This document shows positions 50,177-57,459 of a DNA stretch of 64,000 nucleotides, in pieces. The position numbers and the translations under genes were made by a program. Every line of letters begins with the position of its first letter. The stretch's first letter is position 1. The notes under the pieces are model-generated. The model was not told where the DNA came from, did no database searches, and worked only from the letters and a program-made list of their open reading frames with translations. Source of the stretch: Candidatus Latescibacterota bacterium. Lineage in GTDB: Bacteria; Latescibacterota; UBA2968; GCA-2709665. The stretch covers positions 1,216,001 through 1,280,000 of the forward strand of contig CBDCOX010000002.1 of assembly GCA_965219995.1 (NCBI GenBank). Direction: 5' to 3'.

Positions 50177-51538
50177 ATGGCTTCCTTGTTCGCGTTTCTT
50201 CTTCTACTCGTCGCCGTTGCGACAATAGCTGGCTTGGTGAAGCCTTCGATATTACATATCAAATGGTTAACCACCCGGTCCCGCGTATTTGGTGTCGCTA
50301 TGGCCGTTCAGTTTTTGTTGGTGGTTTTCGCTATCAGTCTCCTGCCAGAAAACGACATTGAGAGACAGGGGAGCATAGCCAAAGAAGAGAGAGTGAAGAG
50401 GATTAGACAAGATCAGAATCCAATGGTCGCAAAAAAAGTCAAGGTCCACGAGGATCCTTATACAAATCAGAAACCTGAAACGGCAGCAGGCGAGAAAACA
50501 AAAAAAGCGGAGGCAATAGTAGAACGGGCGAAGGAGACGGGCAACAGTAAGGAAGTTTCAGAAGCAAGAATCACAACAAGACCAAGAGCAGCCGACCCAG
50601 ACATCGATAAAGACGTTACGCCAGAGGAAAGAGTGGCAAGGTGGCGTCATCGTAGGACAAAAGACCCAAACTATCTTGCCGATCTCCGATGGGTGCTGGC
50701 AGAAGCCCGTCTACTCTTAGTTCGGTCTAAGGCGGCGACAAAGCAGGGCGAGTACGTTCTGGGCAAGGCGTTGGCTGATTCATGTGACCGCATCTTTAGA
50801 AAATACGATGTGCATTATAATCCAAAGGGTTGGTTAGACAATAACTGGGAGAAGCCTTATTCGTGGTTTCATCGGGAGGAAGAGGATGCTTGGAACCTTG
50901 TACTGAAGTGTAGGGGTGCTTTTGATCTCGCGATTTTCAAAACAATCGAAGCGGACTACGAAGGTAGAGGTGCCTTATTTACCCGCGAGGGAACATTTGA
51001 AAGGCTGGTGGAGTACGCTGTTCTTAAGGAATTCGGCAACTATTTTGGAACGGTCTCGCGATTTGGATTTGCGAATGAAGGTTCCCTTGACGATAAGTTC
51101 GTAAAGAACATTGACTTCGAAAATGGAATCCTGACCGTGAAACTGCGCGCAGAGTCCGATGCATACGATATTGACTATCGTGCTAGAGAAATTAACCTCA
51201 CACATCCCATAAAAACCATGAGGAACTCGCAAGACTTCTTCGCGTTTATTTTCAATCCGAGAGGTTGGCCAAAATCAATCGGCAAGACTTTTCAGAAGGT
51301 TAAGCAAGTAAATATCGCTCTCTATTTTCCAGGAGAACACTCAAGTGAGATTGTGGCTGCCCGATATGGGCTAACAAGAACTGCATTTGATGCCATAGTG
51401 AAACAGCGGGGGAGTAAGTGGGGCAAATTGAAGGCTAAGGATGGGACATTCCAGGACTTCCTAAAGGTTAAAGGGACATACTATCTACATAGAGAAATGC
51501 CAGATCTAGGTACTCCAGCCCATGTCTTGAGGAGATAG
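50177..51538 (+). CDS. Membrane-anchored hypothetical protein
   Basis: RBS AGGAGG then ATG 50177; two N-terminal TM helices, K/E-rich linker, unrecognised globular region; lower GC. Confidence 0.75.
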   Translation: MASLFAFLLLLVAVATIAGLVKPSILHIKWLTTRSRVFGVAMAVQFLLVVFAISLLPENDIERQGSIAKEERVKRIRQDQNPMVAKKVKVHEDPYTNQKPETAAGEKTKKAEAIVERAKETGNSKEVSEARITTRPRAADPDIDKDVTPEERVARWRHRRTKDPNYLADLRWVLAEARLLLVRSKAATKQGEYVLGKALADSCDRIFRKYDVHYNPKGWLDNNWEKPYSWFHREEEDAWNLVLKCRGAFDLAIFKTIEADYEGRGALFTREGTFERLVEYAVLKEFGNYFGTVSRFGFANEGSLDDKFVKNIDFENGILTVKLRAESDAYDIDYRAREINLTHPIKTMRNSQDFFAFIFNPRGWPKSIGKTFQKVKQVNIALYFPGEHSSEIVAARYGLTRTAFDAIVKQRGSKWGKLKAKDGTFQDFLKVKGTYYLHREMPDLGTPAHVLRR

Positions 51539-51671
51539 AAAAGCGGAAATTGCCCGACATGAGCGCGGCACGGTACGGCTCTTGGGTAAAACACAGTTGC
51601 ATTAGCCGCAAGGTTCGTCGGTGCGTGGATTGGTGGGCATCTAACGTAAGGAATCGAGATTCGGGGTGAAG

Positions 51672-51722
51672 TGTCAACACCGGTTTTGTTTTTGACGAAA
51701 GCACCGGTTTAAGATTGGACAC
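51672..51722. mobile_element. Possible solo IS21-like terminal repeat
   Basis: Begins TGTCAAC; CACCGGTTT occurs at 51678 and 51702 (24-bp period); no transposase nearby. Confidence 0.35.
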
Positions 51723-51854
51723 AATAGCCAGAATCGTGATTGGGTCAGGGTCGCACCAGGATCGTAACGTCCGCCGGATAACGCTCTACTCAGGTGCGGA
51801 GTGTTATTACAGGGATCACTCTACAGTTTACATTATTGCGCCCCATTGACTTGG

Positions 51855-51938
51855 TACCCTGCGCCGCTCCCTGAGCTTGTCGAAGGGTCGGCGCAGGGTA
51901 AAAAAGGCACCGAATCGAGGGCGCTTCGACAAGCTCAG
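51855..51938. repeat. REP-like palindromic element with interleaved inverted repeats
   Basis: CTGAGCTTGTCGAAG (51871-51885) / CTTCGACAAGCTCAG (51924-51938) and TACCCTGCGCCG (51855-51866) / CGGCGCAGGGTA (51889-51900), both perfect. Confidence 0.85.
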
Positions 51939-52046
51939 CGTCCCCATTTGGGCAAGTCCCTTTCCAACTTAGCGCGAGCTTAAGACGTCAATTATCTACG
52001 GGTCCTGTTAATAAGGCAGCCGATTCTTTTTTTTTGGAGGTGGGTT

Positions 52047-52262
52047 ATGGATTTCGGCAGTACGATGGGTTGGTTCACTTTTGTGATGGCGTTGGGTTGG
52101 ATCGCACTCGTCGTTGGCCAGATATTTTATCTCTGGTTGGCGACTCGATTTGTTCGTGCGGTAGAAGACCTGGTGGGTGTATTGGAAGGGAAATTTGGAA
52201 CAGGATCGGATTTGGAAGAAGAAATAGCGGCTGCGCGGCGAGGAGAGCGGCCGAAATCGTGA
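52047..52262 (+). CDS. Small single-pass membrane protein (71 aa)
   Basis: RBS GGAGG; hydrophobic WFTFVMALGWIALVVGQIFYLWL then charged tail. Confidence 0.65.
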   Translation: MDFGSTMGWFTFVMALGWIALVVGQIFYLWLATRFVRAVEDLVGVLEGKFGTGSDLEEEIAAARRGERPKS

Positions 52263-52413
52263 AATCCGTTGCGATGCAGTGATGTAGGACGATAGCTACG
52301 CCATGCTTGATCTGTATATCTGTGCCCACGATAGGATACGAATGCGTCCGGCCACTTCGGCATTGTGGCCTGGCCGACCGTGAGGTCGTTCATTGGCGCC
52401 CAGGGTAACGGGC

Positions 52414-52713
52414 TCAGCTTCCCACCTCAGTCAAATCTACCCCAAATTCCTTACCGATTTCGCAGACGGTTTCCCACGTCCGGTCTTCCACCTCGATGCC
52501 CTCTTCTTGGCGGATGCGCGCGGTGCGGAATTCTGGCTCGCCAGGGGCCAGTATTTCATCGAATCCGTCTGCGAGGCGGCTGGATTTCACGTGGCGCATC
52601 AGGCCTTCCACTTCGTCGTAGAACGTTTCCATATCCGTGAAGTGTTCGATGTCGTACGCATTGATCAGGACCCCGTTGCTGATCATCTCCCGGTCCCCCG
52701 CCGCGCAGCGCCC
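52414..52713 (-). pseudogene. Diverged 3' remnant of the Ldh_2-family gene
   Basis: Aligns to about 54170-54483; encodes a near-identical C-terminus (MISNGVLINAYDIEHF...GKEFGVDL) with its own stop and no 5' part. Confidence 0.92.
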
Positions 52714-52775
52714 TGAAACAGATACCTGGATTTACACTGGGCGATTCGTTCACCCTTCCGGCGAAATGCGGAATC

Positions 52776-54068
52776 TCAGGGGATCGTGACGTTTCCCGGA
52801 GTATCGGGATCGCTTGCCGTCCGCCCGCCCATCACAATTTCGAGCCCCGCCTCGTGATTTCGTGCAGCCAGATTCGCGCAGGGCGGAGTGCCCGGATTCT
52901 TGGCGTCTTCAGGGTGACGCCCGAGAAACCCTTTGGTGATCCGTCGCCACGTGCCTCCGAATCTAGCCCTAGACTGCCGAAAAGCCGCACTCCGCACGTC
53001 TTGCGCAAGACAGGTCGGCTCCTTCCCCAGGAAATCCTCTACGAAAAAATTCATCCAATGCAATTCTGCCCTCTTTGCGTAGCGAAGCGTCCCGATAAAC
53101 CGCCGCTCGTCGGCGGCCAGGTCGGTCACGTGCAGTGACATCGCGCTACCACCTTCCGAGTCCTCCTCGGTTACTTCAAACCGATACGTTGCGCCGACAC
53201 GCCACTGATAGTCCAACGCACACGCCTGTCCCGTGCCTTCGCCCCCGAACGGCCTGCACACGACGCCGTCGCCGCTTTTCAAGACCTGCGCATCACCCCC
53301 ACCGGGGGCGTTCCAGACGGAAAATTGGAGCTGGCGATCGTATAGCGACCCACGACGCTGTAAGCCAGTGTATCCACCATCCCACTGGATGGCTACATAG
53401 TATGTCCCTTCGGGCTCTGTAAGGGGCGTGAGATCCATCGAGTAACCCGTGGCGCGGCCGCTGTGGCGCAACAGGACGTTGACGGCACCACTTGGCGGAT
53501 GCCGCGACGCGACGCTTTCGGTCCTGTATTCAGCTTTAACCGACGACACTGAGTTCTCCACAGTTAGCTGCAGGATGCCGGCGCCTGGCGCACCCGCAAC
53601 CCAGACGACTGCAATCCTACCGTCAGCGGCCGTCACACCCTGGGAAGGATACACCCAGCCGGATCGCTCATCGGTAATCCAAGCCCACGACGCGCCCGGG
53701 ACATGAGCGCCGGATTCATCAACGACCCTGACTTCAATTCGCTCGTCCGATCGCTTCCCGGCTTCAGTCGGGCCGAAGCTCGTCGCTGAAGGGATAACTG
53801 CAGCGACTTGTTGACACTTGGCGCCAAACACAGCGGCAAAGGACACGAAATCGGAGAAATCTACGATTCCGTTGTCGTCCAGATCCATCAGCGCATTGAA
53901 ATTTGCACTGCCGGTGCGCGCTCCAAACACAGCGGCAAAGGACACGAAATCGGAGAAATCGACTGTGCCGCTGCCGTCAAAATCACTCCTGCATCCGCTT
54001 TCCGCCGCAGAAGAAGCCAATCCTGCCGAGACCAGGAATACAATCGCGCGAAGCAACACGTTGCTCAT
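52776..54068 (-). CDS. Secreted protein: N-terminal dockerin-like pair, Ig-like domain, DUF3472-like domain
   Basis: Signal peptide; DFDGSGTVDFSDFVSFAAVFG and DLDDNGIVDFSDFVSFAAVFG; TYY...GGYTGLQ...FSVWN...FGGEGTG...WRVGATYRF. Confidence 0.8.
   Translation of the reverse strand: MSNVLLRAIVFLVSAGLASSAAESGCRSDFDGSGTVDFSDFVSFAAVFGARTGSANFNALMDLDDNGIVDFSDFVSFAAVFGAKCQQVAAVIPSATSFGPTEAGKRSDERIEVRVVDESGAHVPGASWAWITDERSGWVYPSQGVTAADGRIAVVWVAGAPGAGILQLTVENSVSSVKAEYRTESVASRHPPSGAVNVLLRHSGRATGYSMDLTPLTEPEGTYYVAIQWDGGYTGLQRRGSLYDRQLQFSVWNAPGGGDAQVLKSGDGVVCRPFGGEGTGQACALDYQWRVGATYRFEVTEEDSEGGSAMSLHVTDLAADERRFIGTLRYAKRAELHWMNFFVEDFLGKEPTCLAQDVRSAAFRQSRARFGGTWRRITKGFLGRHPEDAKNPGTPPCANLAARNHEAGLEIVMGGRTASDPDTPGNVTIP
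53824..53960. repeat. Identical 38-bp direct repeat within the dockerin-like pair
   Basis: CCAAACACAGCGGCAAAGGACACGAAATCGGAGAAATC at 53824-53861 and 53923-53960. Confidence 0.9.
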
Positions 54069-54165
54069 CAACGTAGACCCCTTATCGGACCCTTAGCACG
54101 ACAAACCAGCCCTTTCGTTTCGTCCAGTGCCGTCGAAGATCGCCCGAGATCCTATTGACGCAGAT

Positions 54166-55227
54166 TCACCTTCCCCCCTCTCCCGCCAAATCTACCCCAA
54201 ATTCCTTACCGATTTCGCAGACCGTTTCCCACGTCCGGTCGTCCACCTCGATGCCCTCGGTGGCGCGGCGTTCGGCGGTGCGGAACTCCGGTTCACCCGG
54301 AGCCAGGATTTCATCGAATCCCTCCGCGAGGCGGCTGGATTTCACGTGGCGCATCAGGCCTTCCACTTCGTCGTAGAACGTCTCCATGTCTGTGAAGTGT
54401 TCGATGTCGTACGCGTTGATCAGCACGCCGTTGCTGATCATCTCCCGGTCCCCCGCCGCGCAGCCCTGGCCGCTGAGCGCCCCGCCAAGTAATTCGACCA
54501 TAATGCTCAGCCCGTAACCCTTGTGACCCGCGCCGCCCCCCAGCGGCAGAATGGCCCCCGGCGGATCGTCCTTGAAATCGTTCGGTTCCGTGGTGGGCGC
54601 CCCGTGCCCGTCGATGAGCCATCCCTCCGGCACCTTGACGCCCTGGTTGATCGCCAGCCGGATCTTGCCTTCGGCGACGATTGACGTGGTCATATCCACG
54701 AGGATCGGATCCGCTTCCCGGCGCGGGGCCGCGAACGCGATCGGGTTCGTACTCAACCGGCCGTCGATGCCGCCAAACGGCGCGATCTGATAGCCCAGCC
54801 GTCCGGCGTTCACGAAGATCTGCCCGATCATCCCCTCCGCCGCGATCATCAGCGGATACGCGCCCACCCGCCCGATATGGCTGGTATTTCGCAATACCAC
54901 GGTCGCGATGCCGCTCCGGCGGGCCTTCTCCATCGCCAGCCGGGTCGCGAATGTCGCGCCGACCTGCCCCATCGCGCCGCCGCCGTCCACAACGGCCGTA
55001 CAGGCCCGCTCGGAGATCACCTCGGGTGACGCATCCGGGCTGAAACGGCCGTCCTGTATCGCTTTCGCGTACTCGTAGAAGCGGATCGCGCCGTGGGAAT
55101 CGTGCCCGAACAGGTTGGAGTCCACCAGGTGGTCCACCACCGTCCGCGCGTCCTCGTCCCGGCACCCCGCCGCTCGAAACAACCGATACCCCACCCCACG
55201 CAACACATCGGGCTTGAACTTTGGCAC
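54166..55227 (-). CDS. Ldh_2-family oxidoreductase (YbiC/HcxB/ComC-like 2-hydroxyacid dehydrogenase)
   Basis: GHDSHG, RNTSHIGRVGAY, STNPIAF, DMTTS..AEGK, GHKGYGLS, PGEPE; start moved to GTG 55227 behind AGGAG. Confidence 0.93.
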   Translation of the reverse strand: MPKFKPDVLRGVGYRLFRAAGCRDEDARTVVDHLVDSNLFGHDSHGAIRFYEYAKAIQDGRFSPDASPEVISERACTAVVDGGGAMGQVGATFATRLAMEKARRSGIATVVLRNTSHIGRVGAYPLMIAAEGMIGQIFVNAGRLGYQIAPFGGIDGRLSTNPIAFAAPRREADPILVDMTTSIVAEGKIRLAINQGVKVPEGWLIDGHGAPTTEPNDFKDDPPGAILPLGGGAGHKGYGLSIMVELLGGALSGQGCAAGDREMISNGVLINAYDIEHFTDMETFYDEVEGLMRHVKSSRLAEGFDEILAPGEPEFRTAERRATEGIEVDDRTWETVCEIGKEFGVDLAGEGGR

Positions 55228-55473
55228 CTTAACTCCTTCGGTTAGAACGTCTAACGTTGCGCCAGGCATCAGCGTCGAGCTCGGTTCTTGCATAACAGTC
55301 GACCTGACTTAACCGTCTCACAACGATACGCCTTGCCCCACCCTGAATCAAGCACAAAACAACAGGTTTGCCTCGACTTCAGACTATCGTGATGACGGCC
55401 GCTTAGTTGTCATCTGACGTCAGCGGCATTCCCTGTTCACACAAATGAATTCGACATCAGCAGATGAACGGCG

Positions 55474-55502
55474 GTAAAGGCAGGTTTGAAACCTGCCCCT
55501 AC
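55474..55502. repeat. GTAG-family REP-like palindrome
   Basis: GTAAAGGCAGGTTTGAAACCTGCCCCTAC: GGCAGGTTT/AAACCTGCC stem ending in CTAC. Confidence 0.7.
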
Positions 55503-55679
55503 GAATGGCGTCTTGGAACGAATCCAACGCCGCATCAAATTTCAGGATCGCCCTTGCGATGATAATCTGACACGCGTACGCCGAAGCAGGCACGAAACGT
55601 CGCACTGAACGTTATCGGAAGCGGAAGGTGCAATAGGAAATTATCGGCGCAGCTTGAGAGGGCGCGTGCAGGCGGGGGT

Positions 55680-55949
55680 CTACTTGGAGGCTTCCAGGCG
55701 TGTTTCGTTTTTGGCGATACGCTCGCCGAAGGAGTCCAGACGCTTCTCGACTTTCTCGAAGCGGTTGTTCATTGTGTCTTCAAGCCTGTCTATGCGCTGG
55801 GTAAGTCTGTCTTCAAGGTTGTTTATCCGATGAGTGAGTCTGTTTTCGAGGCTGGAGGTAAGTGTCCACATCGCGCCTGTTAAAACAAACAGGAAGGTAG
55901 CCATTCGTAAGTTTTCAGCGTTGAATAAAGATTTCACGTTCATAGCCAT
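55680..55949 (-). CDS. Small TM plus coiled-coil protein (89 aa)
   Basis: RBS GGAGAGG; TM ATFLFVLTGAMWTL; 11-residue repeats LENRLTHRINN / LEDRLTQRIDR / LEDTMNNRFEK. Confidence 0.8.
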   Translation of the reverse strand: MAMNVKSLFNAENLRMATFLFVLTGAMWTLTSSLENRLTHRINNLEDRLTQRIDRLEDTMNNRFEKVEKRLDSFGERIAKNETRLEASK

Positions 55950-55975
55950 ACCTCTCCAGTGCAGGTATTTCCGGA

Positions 55976-56004
55976 AAAGTACGTGGATATGCCTGACCTG
56001 TCAA
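55976..56004 (-). promoter_or_regulatory. Sigma-70-type promoter of the coiled-coil gene
   Basis: Minus strand TTGACA (56004-55999), 17 bp, TACTTT (55981-55976). Confidence 0.65.
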
Positions 56005-56064
56005 GCACAAAGCACGGCGACACCGGCACTCGAATCGGATACGCGATTCAATCGCAGGTAGGCT

Positions 56065-57102
56065 TCAACCTCCTGCCGCCGCCCGGTATGCCTGCACCTG
56101 CGCATCGCCCGATTGTCTCCGGTATTGCGCGGCCGTCATTCCGTGTTCGGACATGCGGAGTTGGAAATACTGGCGCCCGATGCCGCTGTTTCGGGCTGCC
56201 CGCGATACGTTTCCGCCGGCTCGAAGAAGCGCCCGGTGCAGATACTCCTCTGTGAAACGCTCCATGCACACCCTGCGCGCGTCCTTGTACGGCAGGCTGT
56301 AGATGCCGCGGTCCGGTCTTGTCTCAGCGTCCTGGACTTCGTACGGCAGGTCGTCCGGCGTGATCACGTCTCCGTCGGTCAGCGCCAACGCGCCCGCGAT
56401 GGTGTGCGCGAGTTCCCGGATATTCCCGGGCCAGTCATAGCCCTCCAGAAGCGCACGGGTTTCGGAGTTGATCCGGCATGCGGCTCTTCCGGCACCACCG
56501 TATCGATCCAGAAAATGGGCGGCCAGAATGGGAATGTCGCTTCGACGTTCGCGCAGCGCCGGCAGATGGAGTTGAATCACGCGAAGGCGGTAATACAGGT
56601 CGTTTCGAAACCGTCCCGCGTCAACCCCCTGCTTCAGGTCCCTGTTCGTCGCCGCGACCACACGGACCCGCGCCCGCTTCCATCGGTGGTCCCCGACCGT
56701 CCTGTATTCACCCTCCTGGATCAGGCGAAGCAGTTGCCGCTGCAGGGGCTCATCGAGTTCACCCACTTCATCGAAAAAAAGCGTTCCGCCGCGAGCGACG
56801 CCCACCAGCCCAGGCCGGGATTCCGTGGCGCCGGTGAACGCCCCTCTGACATGGCCGAACAGTTCGCTACGCCCCATTTCCTTCGCCAGAATGCCGCAGT
56901 CCACAACCACAAACGGCGCATCAGCGCGGGGACTGCGGTCGTGCACTTCGCGGGCGATGAGCTCCTTCCCGGTCCCGGACTCGCCGGTGACCAGCACGGG
57001 AAGTTCGCTCTCTCCCGCCCGGCGTGCAAGTCTTCGCACCGCGCCGAAGGCTGGATGAGCGCCCACCATGGAGTCGTGTCTGCAACGGGAACTCTCAAAC
57101 AT
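56065..57102 (-). CDS. Sigma-54 enhancer-binding protein lacking a sensory domain (AAA+ and Fis HTH)
   Basis: GESGTGKE, SELFGHVRGAFTGA, FFDEVGE, RNDLYYRL, WPGNIRELA; only about 10 aa precede the AAA+ domain. Confidence 0.92.
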   Translation of the reverse strand: MFESSRCRHDSMVGAHPAFGAVRRLARRAGESELPVLVTGESGTGKELIAREVHDRSPRADAPFVVVDCGILAKEMGRSELFGHVRGAFTGATESRPGLVGVARGGTLFFDEVGELDEPLQRQLLRLIQEGEYRTVGDHRWKRARVRVVAATNRDLKQGVDAGRFRNDLYYRLRVIQLHLPALRERRSDIPILAAHFLDRYGGAGRAACRINSETRALLEGYDWPGNIRELAHTIAGALALTDGDVITPDDLPYEVQDAETRPDRGIYSLPYKDARRVCMERFTEEYLHRALLRAGGNVSRAARNSGIGRQYFQLRMSEHGMTAAQYRRQSGDAQVQAYRAAAGG

Positions 57103-57377
57103 GCTTAGACACAGGGGCCGCCCGCCAGGTCGCGGGACGGCAAGCTGGATTCAAATTGCGGTATGCCGGAGATACGCGGATTTGCGGTACGAGCGTTTCA
57201 TCTTGCAAACATCGTACCCAAAAAAAGGAAAAGCGTCCCGATTCATCGCAGGCGCTTTCAATACAACGGTTAAGGTTTGCAATCGCCAGACGAATCCGAT
57301 CTCTGGTCATCCCTCCCGGTGCCAACGCACGTAGACGCCGGTCTTGCCAAACAAAACGACAGAAGCGCGAATACGCG

Positions 57378-57454
57378 TAACCTGTTGATACCAATAAGCA
57401 TACTGACTGTCAACGCGAGTTGACGAAAAGTTCCGGTCGTGCCTGCCCGTCAAC
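57378..57454 (-). promoter_or_regulatory. Candidate enhancer (GTCAAC/GTTGAC) and IHF-consensus site
   Basis: GTCAAC-GCGA-GTTGAC at 57409-57424, another GTCAAC at 57449; minus-strand TATCAACAGGTTA (57390-57378) fits WATCAANNNNTTR. Confidence 0.5.
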
Positions 57455-57459
57455 AATAG

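Noticed and set aside
44393-52300. Integron cassette array
   Set aside because: No repeated attC-like sites recognised, no integrase, and spacers are long and unrelated
52075-52393. Short minus-strand ORFs downstream of the Ldh_2 remnant
   Set aside because: No recognisable motifs or RBS, and they overlap the better-supported + strand 71-aa gene
52414-54483. Duplicated segment as a diversity-generating retroelement template/variable pair
   Set aside because: Mismatches are not adenine-specific and are largely synonymous; no reverse transcriptase in the window
57310-57352. Sigma-54 -24/-12 promoter on the minus strand
   Set aside because: Both TTGGCA motifs lack GC at the required spacing (GT and GA instead), so not called
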